Origin: Gemmatimonadales bacterium
GTDB taxonomy: Bacteria > Gemmatimonadota > Gemmatimonadetes > Gemmatimonadales > GWC2-71-9
NCBI GenBank assembly: GCA_035997125.1
Contig: DASYIX010000115.1
Span: forward strand, 29 to 64,028
Direction of reading: 5' to 3'
DNA length: 64,000 nucleotides
Shown here: in pieces, positions 1 through 8,049 of the stretch
Layout of the letters: each line of letters opens with the position of its first letter
Numbering within the stretch: the stretch's first letter is position 1
Notes under the pieces: model-generated
Database searches by the model: none
The model's input: only the letters and a program-made list of their open reading frames with translations
Told to the model about the DNA's origin: nothing
Position numbers and translations under genes: made by a program

Positions 1-26
1 TGGCGAGCTTCTAGGCCGGCACCCGG

Positions 27-491
27 ATGACTTCGCCGCTCCGCTTCTGCGTCCGCCGGACCTTGGCCTCGGAGGCGCGCGGTGCGGCAACGCTGGTGAC
101 TCTTCGGTTGCCCAGCGATGTAAACTGCATCGAAGAGGCCGTGGAGCTGGTCACCTTCCATTGTCTCGCCGGCCACGAAGCCACTCAGACCATCCGGTTC
201 CGCCTGCGAGTGATACTGTCGGAGGCGCTCAGCAATGCCATCGTGCGGGGAAACTGCGAAGACCGGACCAAGTGGGTCGATGTGCGCGTCGAGCTTGTGC
301 CCGATTCGATCAGTGTCAACGTGACCGATGAGGGACCCGGTTTCGACCCCACCACCGTGCCCGAGCCGATCCGGCCGGAGCAGCTCGACGAAGCCCGCGG
401 GCGGGGCCTCTTTCTGATTCGTAAGCTCGTCGACGCCGTGCAATTCAACCAGCAAGGAAACTCCATCTGCATGATACTGCGCCGTCCGTAG
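27..491 (+). CDS. anti-sigma regulatory factor / RsbW-SpoIIAB-like serine protein kinase (GHKL ATPase fold)
   Basis: 154-aa ORF with an N-box-like '[11 protein letters not shown]' and G-boxes '[10 protein letters not shown]' and '[11 protein letters not shown]'. A PP2C phosphatase gene follows, giving a partner-switching context. Confidence 0.75.
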   Translation: MTSPLRFCVRRTLASEARGAATLVTLRLPSDVNCIEEAVELVTFHCLAGHEATQTIRFRLRVILSEALSNAIVRGNCEDRTKWVDVRVELVPDSISVNVTDEGPGFDPTTVPEPIRPEQLDEARGRGLFLIRKLVDAVQFNQQGNSICMILRRP

Positions 492-634
492 GACGGCTCG
501 ATCACGTCCTCCACGGGCTCGGCTCGCTCCTCGGCGGGCGACTGCGCCTGTGGCGCTCCGACGACCAGAATCTCCATCTGGCCGGCGGCACCGATGCGGC
601 CTGGTCCCTGCCGCTGCCCGGCGGGCCTGGACTT

Positions 635-2065
635 GTGGCCACACCGAGCGGGCCGGCCTGGTTGGAGCCGATGCCTGGCGCCAACGGGTTCTGGCTCGAG
701 ATAGCCAGTGAACGACCGGAGGAGTTGGGCCAGGCCGTGCCCCGGGTGCTACCCATTGTGGCGGCACTGTTGGAAGCCGAGCGGCAGCGCGCCTTAGTGG
801 CGGAGGAACTGGCCGGCCGCTACGAGGAGATCGACCTCCTCTATGCCATCAGCGAGATCCTGGGTCGCACCGTGCGGCTCGAAGAGGCAGCCCAGATCAT
901 TGTCCGCGAGGTGAGCGCCGTGGTCGGAGCCCGCCGGGCGTCGATCATGGTGTACGACGAGACCAGCCGCACGCTCCGCACCGTCGCCGCCCGGGGCTTC
1001 GCTCCCGAGGGATTGGTGCCGGTGAACGTGGATGACCCGAACTCGGTCGCCGCCCGGGTCTTTCGGGAACAGCGGATTCTGACTTTCGATCCGACGGCCG
1101 CCGGCGCAGTCCAATCCAGCGGCGACGAACGGGGCTACCGGGGCAGCTCCTTTATCAGCGTGCCCATTTGCTATGCGGCGCCGGGTACCGAGCTCCGCTG
1201 CGTCGGCGTGATCAATCTGACTGACCGAATCGGCGGCGATCGCTTTACCCTCGACGATCGGAAGCTGGTGAGCGCGGTCGCCAATCAGATCGGCGGGGCT
1301 ATAGAAAACGCCCGCCTGGTCGAACGCGATCTCCAGCAGCAGCGGCTGCAACGAGAGCTGGAGCTGGCCCACGATCTCCAGCTCAAGCTGTTGCCTTCGC
1401 CCACCGTGCTCCAGGGTGATGCCGAAGTGGCTGCCCGATGCTTGCCCGCCGACTCCGTCGGAGGCGACTTCTACACCTTTAGCCGCCTGGGGCGGGGACG
1501 AGTCGGTGTCATGCTGGGTGACGTCGCGTCGCACGGTTTCTCGGCGGCGCTGGTCATGGCGCTGGTCATGGCCGCCGCCGGTATCCACGCCGGCGCTTCT
1601 GCTACGCCGGACGAAGCTCTCACCGCGCTGCTCGACAGCCTCTCGAGCGAGCTGGCCAAGACCGAGATGCATTTCAGCGTCTTTTACGGGGTGCTCGATC
1701 CCATCGCCGGCCGGCTTTCGTACGCCAGCGCCGGACATCCTCACGCCTTCCGGGTGCCTCGCATTGGTCCGCCTCAACGGCTCGAAGCCACCGCACCTCC
1801 GCTGGGTCTCGCGGCCATGGGCAGCATCCAGCGGCGTCAGGTTCCCTGGGCCACCGGCACCGACCTGCTGGTCCTGTGGACCGACGGTCTGGTGGACGCG
1901 AAGAACGACGCGGGTGAGCCTTACGGCGAACAGCGGCTGCTCGAGGAGGTCAGCGCCCACCGGGGAGAGCCCCCCGAGGCAGTGGTGAAGGCGGTGCTGC
2001 AGAACGCCGAGGATTTCGGGTCCCGTCCGATCGACGATCGCACGCTGCTGGTGCTTCGGATTTAG
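635..2065 (+). CDS. GAF domain-containing PP2C/SpoIIE-family protein phosphatase (RsbU-like)
   Basis: 476-aa ORF. The N-terminal half is GAF-like. The C-terminal half carries PP2C/SpoIIE motifs 'SVGGDFY', 'GDVASHG', 'WTDGLVDA' and 'DDRTLLVLRI'. The start may instead be the ATG at 671. Confidence 0.85.
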   Translation: MATPSGPAWLEPMPGANGFWLEIASERPEELGQAVPRVLPIVAALLEAERQRALVAEELAGRYEEIDLLYAISEILGRTVRLEEAAQIIVREVSAVVGARRASIMVYDETSRTLRTVAARGFAPEGLVPVNVDDPNSVAARVFREQRILTFDPTAAGAVQSSGDERGYRGSSFISVPICYAAPGTELRCVGVINLTDRIGGDRFTLDDRKLVSAVANQIGGAIENARLVERDLQQQRLQRELELAHDLQLKLLPSPTVLQGDAEVAARCLPADSVGGDFYTFSRLGRGRVGVMLGDVASHGFSAALVMALVMAAAGIHAGASATPDEALTALLDSLSSELAKTEMHFSVFYGVLDPIAGRLSYASAGHPHAFRVPRIGPPQRLEATAPPLGLAAMGSIQRRQVPWATGTDLLVLWTDGLVDAKNDAGEPYGEQRLLEEVSAHRGEPPEAVVKAVLQNAEDFGSRPIDDRTLLVLRI

Positions 2066-2067
2066 CA

Positions 2068-2862
2068 GTGCCCCATGCCAAGCGCCGGCTGGGGCAGCAC
2101 TTTCTTACCGATCCCAGAATCCTGGCGCGGATTGCCGACGCGCTCGAGGCTGGACCGGACGACACCGTCCTGGAGATCGGACCCGGCCACGGCGGCCTCA
2201 CCGGCGCGCTGGTGGAGAGGGCAGGTCGGGTAGTTGCGATCGAGAAGGACCGCGAGCTGGTTCCCTCGCTTCGGACCCGATTCCCCGGCGTCGATGTGGT
2301 CGAAGGCGACGCCCTCGATCTCGATTGGCACGGCTTGGTTCCCGGCCCGTTTCTCCTCGCCGGCAACATTCCCTACAACATCACCTCACCGCTGTTGGAC
2401 AAGGCGCTGCTTCCGCCGCTTCCTCGCCGGATCGTGTTCCTGGTACAGAAGGAGGTGGCTGACCGGGTCACCGCGAGGCCGGGAACCTCGGAATACGGGG
2501 CGTTGAGCGTTGGACTTCAGTCGGTGGCCAGCGCCGAGCGGCTCTTTACCGTGGCGGCTGGAGCGTTCCAGCCGCGGCCCAAGGTCGACTCGGCCGTTCT
2601 CCGGCTGACGCCGCTGACGCATCCGCTGGTGAGCGATGCCGAGCGGGAGAGCTTTCGGGCGGCGGTCGTGGGTCTCTTCAGCTATCGGCGGAAGCAGCTG
2701 CTTCGGGGCGTTCGCGAGCTGACTGGATGGGAGGCTGCGCAAGCGAGCGAGCTGCTCGAGCGGGCCGCGGTCTCGCCAACCGTGCGGCCCGAGGTGCTCA
2801 GCCCTGCGGAGTTCGTGCAGTTCCATCGTGCACTCGTTGACGGAGGATGGCGGCCACGGTAG
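2068..2862 (+). CDS. rsmA: 16S rRNA (adenine1518/1519-N6)-dimethyltransferase
   Basis: 'KRRLGQHFLTD', SAM motif 'VLEIGPGHGGLT', 'GNIPYNITSP'. 264 aa. Confidence 0.92.
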   Translation: MPHAKRRLGQHFLTDPRILARIADALEAGPDDTVLEIGPGHGGLTGALVERAGRVVAIEKDRELVPSLRTRFPGVDVVEGDALDLDWHGLVPGPFLLAGNIPYNITSPLLDKALLPPLPRRIVFLVQKEVADRVTARPGTSEYGALSVGLQSVASAERLFTVAAGAFQPRPKVDSAVLRLTPLTHPLVSDAERESFRAAVVGLFSYRRKQLLRGVRELTGWEAAQASELLERAAVSPTVRPEVLSPAEFVQFHRALVDGGWRPR

Positions 2863-2864
2863 CT

Positions 2865-2881
2865 TTGTGAAACATTTCACA
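2865..2881. promoter_or_regulatory. Rex operator (TTGTGAA-ACAT-TTCACA palindrome)
   Basis: TTGTGAAACATTTCACA lies 14 nt upstream of the rex ATG. It matches the known Rex box consensus TTGTGAA-N4-TTCACAA at all but the last position. Confidence 0.75.
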
Positions 2882-2894
2882 TAAATCAGGAAGC

Positions 2895-3515
2895 ATGCGC
2901 AAAGTCGCCGAGTCCACCGTCCGTCGTCTATCTCTTTACCTGCGATTTCTGGAGGAGTTCGAGGGGCAGGGAATCGAGACCGTGAGCTCCGGTGCTCTCG
3001 CCTCCCGCGGCGGCACCACCTCGGCCCAGGTGCGGAAGGACCTCTCGTTCTTCGGGTCGTTCGGAAAGCGGGGCTTGGGCTATCCGGTGCCGGAGCTGGC
3101 CGACCGTCTCCGGGAAATCCTCGGCCTCAAGCGGCGGTACCGGGTGGGGATGATCGGGGCCGGCAAGATCGGCAGCGCGCTGGTGCAGTATCGGGGGTTC
3201 AAGCAGCGGGGCTTCGACATCGTGGCCATCTTCGACAGCGATCCGGGGAAGATCGGCCGGCAGTGGAATGGGCTCACGGTGCTCGACATCAGCACGCTGG
3301 AGAAGGAACTGGGCCACCGTCCGGTCGACATGGCAGTGCTAGTAGTGCCGGCAGAGGTCGCCCAGTCGGTTACCGACCGACTCATCACCCTCCGGGTCAA
3401 GGCCATCCTCAACTTCGCTCCGGTGCAGCTCGCGGTTCCGGATGATGTGGTGGTGAAGACGGTGAACCTGGCGCTGGAGCTGGAGACCCTGAGCTACGCG
3501 CTCGCGAGTCGATAG
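2895..3515 (+). CDS. rex: redox-sensing transcriptional repressor Rex
   Basis: N-terminal winged helix 'RLSLYLRFL' and Rossmann motif 'VGMIGAGKIGSAL'. 206 aa, the typical Rex length. Confidence 0.92.
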   Translation: MRKVAESTVRRLSLYLRFLEEFEGQGIETVSSGALASRGGTTSAQVRKDLSFFGSFGKRGLGYPVPELADRLREILGLKRRYRVGMIGAGKIGSALVQYRGFKQRGFDIVAIFDSDPGKIGRQWNGLTVLDISTLEKELGHRPVDMAVLVVPAEVAQSVTDRLITLRVKAILNFAPVQLAVPDDVVVKTVNLALELETLSYALASR

Positions 3516-3557
3516 ACCGGCCTACCACCCTCGCATTGAATCGGGTCCGATTGCTCC

Positions 3558-3929
3558 ATGAGTTCGAACCCGCGTCCACTCCGGTATTCACACTTGAACT
3601 CTGAGCTCATAGAGCACTTTCCAGAGCTATTCGGCGGTTACGCCGAGCTTCGAGCTATGTGGGATGGAGACGAACCGGGTCCTCACATTCTATATGGGGA
3701 TCTTCTGACCCCCTATCTAGTAACACTTCTTAATGCCGCGGGTTCTGAGATGCCCCTTCTGCGAGCCTTTGATTTTCTGGAGCAGATGGCGAGGAGCGAA
3801 GATCAGGCGATTCGAGATGTCCGGGGGGCCTCCGTTCTTGAAGGCATGGGCCCCGAATTGTTAGAGCGGGCAGAGGACTATATGGGCATCCGTACGAAGG
3901 AACTCGCAAGAGGCATCAAAGGAGCATGA
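3558..3929 (+). CDS. hypothetical protein (AT-richer ORF)
   Basis: 123-aa ORF that is visibly more AT-rich than its flanks and contains an in-frame TTA. Its stop overlaps the next ORF's ATG (ATGA). I recognise no motif with certainty. Confidence 0.55.
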   Translation: MSSNPRPLRYSHLNSELIEHFPELFGGYAELRAMWDGDEPGPHILYGDLLTPYLVTLLNAAGSEMPLLRAFDFLEQMARSEDQAIRDVRGASVLEGMGPELLERAEDYMGIRTKELARGIKGA

Positions 3930-5743
3930 AGTCAATGGCGCGAGATCTCAGAATTCCGATGTCCGGCGCGAACGGGGTGGGTTCTGCTCCGTCACAAAAG
4001 AACGCAGTGCCTTCGCAGAACCCACCCCGTTCGCGGACGAAGCTCCGTAAACCAAAGAGATGGGCCCATCGAGTTCTTTACCCGCTGGTTCTGACCTGGG
4101 CTCCGGTCATACTTCAAGCACAGGGGCAGCAGTACGATCTCATCATCCGCAACGGCCACATCATCGACGGCACCGGCTCGCCCTGGTATTCCGGCGACGT
4201 CGCGATTCGCGATGGTCGAATAGCGGCGGTAGGCGCGCTGAACGATGCTAAAGCGGCGAAAACGATCGACGCCGCCGGGATGGTGGTGGCCCCAGGCTTC
4301 ATCGACATGCTGGGTCAATCGGATCTGAGCATTCTGGTGAATCCCCACTTGCCGTCGAAGATCTTCCAAGGGGTCACGACCGAGATCACCGGTGAGGGCA
4401 GCAGCGCCGCCCCACTAAACGACAGCATCATCGCGGCCGATCGCGTGGCATACGATCATTACAAGATCACACCGGACTGGCGGACCCTGGGGGAGTACTT
4501 TGGCCGGCTGGAGCGACAGGGCATCGGGATCAACGTCGCGGACTACGTGGGGGCGACGCAGGTGCGCCGCATGGTGCTGGGCGACGTCGACCGGGCCCCG
4601 ATCCCGGCCGAGCTGGACAAGATGCGCGAGCTGGTGCGCCAGGCGATGCGGGATGGGGCAGTCGGGGTCTCCACCTCGCTGCAATATCCTCCAGCGCCCT
4701 ACGCCAAGACCGAAGAGCTCATTGCTCTCGCGAAGGAGGCCTCGCGCTACGGTGGGGTGTACGCCACCCACATGCGGTCGGAGTCGGACGACATCATCCC
4801 CGCGCTCGACGAGGCCATCCGGATCGGCCGGGAGGCGAAGATCCCGGTCGAGATCTGGCACTTGAAGGTCGCCGGCAAGCGCAACTGGGGTCGTATGCCG
4901 GAGATCGTGGCCAAGATCGAGTCGGCCCGCCGGAGTGGGGTCGACATCGCCGCGGATACCTACGCGTACACCGCCTGGTTCAACTCGCTCTCGGCCATGG
5001 TGCCCGACTGGGCCCACGACGGCGGCACCGCCAAACTACTCGAACGGCTTCGGGATCCCGCCGCCCGCCGACGCATCCGCAAGGACATGGAGACGCCCGG
5101 CTCGTGGGTGAACAACTCCTGGCAGGAGATCTCCGGACCGGAGGCAATTCTGATCGGTGCGGTCCAGAACCCGGCTCTGCTCGGGCTTCAGGGGAAGACG
5201 CTGGCCCAAGTGGCCAAGGAGAAGAAGGCCGATCCCATCGATGCCCTGCTGGACCTGCTGATCGAGGATCAGGGATACACCTCGGTGGCGGTGTTCGGTA
5301 TGGCCGAGAAGGACGTGGTGCTGGCGCTCAAGCAGCCGTGGGTCTCGATCAACAATGACTCGCAGGGCACCGCCCCCGACGGTATCCTGGGCCAGGAGCA
5401 CCCCCATCCTCGGGCGTACGGGACTTTTCCGCGAATCCTGCGGAAGTATGTGCGAGAGGAGAAGGCGCTGACGTTGGAGGACGCTATCCGGAAGTTCACC
5501 TCGCTGCCGGCCCAGCGCATGCGACTGGGCGATCGGGGGGTGCTCAAGGCGGGCGCCTGGGCCGACGTGGTGGTCTTCGATCCGGCCCAGGTTCGGGATC
5601 TGGCGACATTCGCCAAGCCGAACCAGCTGAGCGAGGGGATGCGCTGGGTGCTGGTGAACGGGGTGGCCGTCGTCGCGGACGGAAAGGCGACCGGGTCGCT
5701 ACCCGGCAAGGTCCTCCGGGGTCCCGGGACGTCTCTCCCGTAA
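3926..5743 (+). CDS. N-acyl-D-amino-acid deacylase (D-aminoacylase) family amidohydrolase, secreted
   Basis: 'YDLIIRNGHIIDGTGSPWYSGDVAIRDGRIAAVG...APGFIDMLGQSD' plus conservation along the length of the ORF. A signal-peptide-like 'KRWAHRVLYPLVLTWAPVILQAQG' appears only about 45 aa into the ORF. The start is uncertain (ATG at 3926, 3935 or 3959) because a 21-bp hairpin lies in this segment. The usual HxH after GFID reads 'MLGQ' here. Confidence 0.8.
   Translation: MKSMARDLRIPMSGANGVGSAPSQKNAVPSQNPPRSRTKLRKPKRWAHRVLYPLVLTWAPVILQAQGQQYDLIIRNGHIIDGTGSPWYSGDVAIRDGRIAAVGALNDAKAAKTIDAAGMVVAPGFIDMLGQSDLSILVNPHLPSKIFQGVTTEITGEGSSAAPLNDSIIAADRVAYDHYKITPDWRTLGEYFGRLERQGIGINVADYVGATQVRRMVLGDVDRAPIPAELDKMRELVRQAMRDGAVGVSTSLQYPPAPYAKTEELIALAKEASRYGGVYATHMRSESDDIIPALDEAIRIGREAKIPVEIWHLKVAGKRNWGRMPEIVAKIESARRSGVDIAADTYAYTAWFNSLSAMVPDWAHDGGTAKLLERLRDPAARRRIRKDMETPGSWVNNSWQEISGPEAILIGAVQNPALLGLQGKTLAQVAKEKKADPIDALLDLLIEDQGYTSVAVFGMAEKDVVLALKQPWVSINNDSQGTAPDGILGQEHPHPRAYGTFPRILRKYVREEKALTLEDAIRKFTSLPAQRMRLGDRGVLKAGAWADVVVFDPAQVRDLATFAKPNQLSEGMRWVLVNGVAVVADGKATGSLPGKVLRGPGTSLP
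3967..4035. repeat. perfect 21-bp inverted repeat (stem 3967-3987 / 4015-4035, 27-nt loop)
   Basis: CGCGAACGGGGTGGGTTCTGC ... GCAGAACCCACCCCGTTCGCG are exact reverse complements. The repeat lies 38 nt after the stop of the AT-rich ORF and inside the putative 5' end of the amidohydrolase ORF. Confidence 0.9.
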
Positions 5744-5762
5744 CCCACCTTCACTGGCTTTT

Positions 5763-5888
5763 GCGGAGCTTCGTCCCCCTCGCACTGGGCACCGGAGCCG
5801 GGCTACCCGAACTCCGGTGTTCCTGCGGCAGCGAGGGAGCCCGCAGTCGTTCGGCGAGGCCCCCTCGCCGCCCGCAACGAAGCTCCGC
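5763..5888. other. multi-hairpin palindromic element (12-bp closing helix enclosing three hairpins); candidate REP-like element or structured RNA
   Basis: GCGGAGCTTCGT (5763-5774) pairs with ACGAAGCTCCGC (5877-5888). Inside are three hairpins: CACCGGAG/CTCCGGTG (5790-5797/5812-5819), CTGCGG/CCGCAG (5823-5828/5841-5846) and CGGCGAGG/CCTCGCCG (5852-5859/5863-5870). The element is intergenic, between the amidohydrolase gene and arcA. Confidence 0.6.
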
Positions 5889-5941
5889 CAGGTGGCTGGA
5901 CTGGCCTAGCTCTTACTCTATGATCCCGAATAGTTTGTTGT

Positions 5942-7171
5942 ATGTCCGTTCACGTCACATCTGAGATCGGGGCACTCCAGTCCGTGCTCGTCCACACCCC
6001 GGGCCGCGAGCTCGAGGCGGTGACGCCGGGCAACCGGGAGGACTATCTCTACGACGACATCATCGACCTCGAGATCGCCCAGCGGGAGCATCGCCAGTTC
6101 GTCTCGGTGTTGAAGCGCTTTGCGCGGGTGCACCAGGTTCGAGACCTGCTCACCGAGATTCTGCAGCAACCGGACGCGCGCGACTACCTCATTACCAAGG
6201 CCATGGACGTGGTGCGCCAGGACGCACTGGCCCAGCGGCTCGACACGCTTCCGGCCGAACAGATCGTCACCATGCTCATCGAGGGAACGGAAGAGGAGAG
6301 CGGCCCGATCTCCCGCTCGCTCAACGAGGTGGGATTCGCCTTTCCGCCGCTGCCCAATCTGTTCTTCCCCCGGGATATCGGCATGGTCATCGGGGAGCAC
6401 GCTGTGGTCGGCTCGATGCGCTACGGCGTGCGCTGGACCGAAGAGCTGCTGATCAAGGCTCTGTTCCATTTCCATCCCGAGCTGGCCAACGCCGGATTCC
6501 TCTACGATGGCTCGGAGGAACGGCGCGACACCTACACCCTGGAAGGTGGCGACGTTCACTACCTGCGGCCGGACCTGCTGGTCGTCGGGTTCAGCGAGCG
6601 CACCTCGCCCGCCGCGCTGGATCAACTCTGCGAGACCGTGTTCGAGCGAGGCCAGGTCACCGACGTGCTGGTGGTTGTCATGCCCAAGGCGCCGACCGCC
6701 ATCCATCTGGACATGATCTTCAGCCATATCGACCAGGACCTCGGTGTCGTCTACCCTCCATTCTTCGTGGGCCCCGAGCGTTTGCCGGTATTGCACCGGC
6801 GGAAGGGGACCGAATCGGTGCAGGAGATGCCCAACTTTTTCGCCGCTCTCCGTGCGGTCGGCCTGCCGCTGGAGCCCATCTTTGCCGGCGGCGAACGCCG
6901 CATCACCCAGGAGCGGGAGCAGTGGAGCTCGGCCTGCAATTTCCTGGCGGTGCGGCCCGGCACCCTGGTCAGCTATCGCCGGAACGATGAGACCCTGTGT
7001 GAGCTGATGCGGGTGGGATTTCGAGTCGTACCGGCGGTGAACTTCCTTGCCTTCGACGACTGGAGCGAGGCCAAGCATCGCACCGTCATCACCATCGAGG
7101 GGAGCGAATTGGCTCGGGGCGGCGGCGGGCCCCGCTGTATGTCGCTCCCGCTCCGCCGGGCGGCATTGTGA
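5942..7171 (+). CDS. arcA: arginine deiminase
   Basis: 'SEIGALQSVLVHTPGRELE' at the N-terminus and the catalytic-Cys motif 'GGGGPRCMSLPL' at the C-terminus. 409 aa. Confidence 0.9.
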   Translation: MSVHVTSEIGALQSVLVHTPGRELEAVTPGNREDYLYDDIIDLEIAQREHRQFVSVLKRFARVHQVRDLLTEILQQPDARDYLITKAMDVVRQDALAQRLDTLPAEQIVTMLIEGTEEESGPISRSLNEVGFAFPPLPNLFFPRDIGMVIGEHAVVGSMRYGVRWTEELLIKALFHFHPELANAGFLYDGSEERRDTYTLEGGDVHYLRPDLLVVGFSERTSPAALDQLCETVFERGQVTDVLVVVMPKAPTAIHLDMIFSHIDQDLGVVYPPFFVGPERLPVLHRRKGTESVQEMPNFFAALRAVGLPLEPIFAGGERRITQEREQWSSACNFLAVRPGTLVSYRRNDETLCELMRVGFRVVPAVNFLAFDDWSEAKHRTVITIEGSELARGGGGPRCMSLPLRRAAL

Positions 7172-8049
7172 TGATCGGCACTGCGGCCTATCCGGAGAGC
7201 ACGCTCCTCGACCGGGTGTTGGGCCGGCTGCGTCTGGGGCCGCACACGCCCTCGAACCTCTGCCATGAAATCCTGGGACTCTTGGGTGCCCCCGCCGCGA
7301 TCTGCGACCGGGTGGCCTACGCACTCCTCGGCGCCGATCCCCGGGTACGCCTGCTGGAGGACGGACGCTGGTCGCTGGTCCCCGAGGCCCAAGGCTCACC
7401 TCTGCTGGACGACTGCGCCTTTGCTGTGGTGGACGTCGAGACCACCGGGATGCGGGCCGGATTCGGCGACCGGATCACCGAGATCGCGGTGGCGGTGGTG
7501 CACGGCGGCCGGTGCGAAGTCGTGTTCGATTCGCTGGTGAATCCCGAGCGCCACATCCCGCGGGCGATCTGCACCATCACCAACATCACCGACGAGATGG
7601 TACGTCATGCTCCCCGGTTCTGCGAGCTGGCGGAGCGTATCCTCGCTGCGCTCGCGGGCCGGGTATTCGTGGCGCACAACGCCCGCTTCGATTGGAATTT
7701 CGTGAGCGCGGAATTGCAGCGCTCTCGGGCGCTCACCCTGGGAGGAACCCGGCTGTGCACCGTGCGGCTGGCCCGCCGGCTGGTGCGAGGCGTGCGCTCC
7801 TGCGGACTGGACAGCCTGTGCCGATTCTTCGGTTTTCAAAACCGGGCCCGGCACCGGGCCGCAGGCGATGCCCTGGTCACCGCTGAGCTGTTGTGCCGCC
7901 TCCTGGGACTGGCGCGGGAAGAAGGAGCCCGGACCCTCCAGGATCTGACCACGATCGAGTCCCGCCGCCGAGCTCGATCGCGCCGGCGGAAACGGCAGGC
8001 CATGCCGACCGACCCCCGGGCGGACTCCTGCCCTGAGGAGCTGATGTGA
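7168..8049 (+). CDS. DEDD-family 3'-5' exonuclease (DNA polymerase III epsilon-like) with an N-terminal extension
   Basis: Exo I 'FAVVDVETTG', Exo II 'VAHNARFDWNF', Exo III 'HRAAGDALVTAEL'. The C-terminal tail is basic. Confidence 0.85.
   Translation: MMIGTAAYPESTLLDRVLGRLRLGPHTPSNLCHEILGLLGAPAAICDRVAYALLGADPRVRLLEDGRWSLVPEAQGSPLLDDCAFAVVDVETTGMRAGFGDRITEIAVAVVHGGRCEVVFDSLVNPERHIPRAICTITNITDEMVRHAPRFCELAERILAALAGRVFVAHNARFDWNFVSAELQRSRALTLGGTRLCTVRLARRLVRGVRSCGLDSLCRFFGFQNRARHRAAGDALVTAELLCRLLGLAREEGARTLQDLTTIESRRRARSRRRKRQAMPTDPRADSCPEELM

Noticed and set aside
794-1960. Long antisense or out-of-frame ORFs throughout the window. Examples: 794..1960 -, 5918..7399 -, 9754..11043 -, 11862..13445 -, 14456..15847 -, 17016..18653 -, 19951..21288 -, 29983..31425 +, 37153..38979 +, 50459..51748 -, 52978..54087 -.
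   Set aside because: Each lies opposite to, or out of frame with, a gene that has clear family motifs. Their translations are Arg/Pro/Gly/Ala-rich with no recognisable motifs. These are the classic shadow ORFs of high-GC DNA.
3967-4035. The 21-bp palindrome after a promoterless AT-rich ORF considered as an integron attC site (gene cassette).
   Set aside because: attC sites are imperfect palindromes with extrahelical bases and a GTTRRRY core. This stem is perfect and its 3' side reads GTTCGCG, which does not fit. No integron integrase is nearby.
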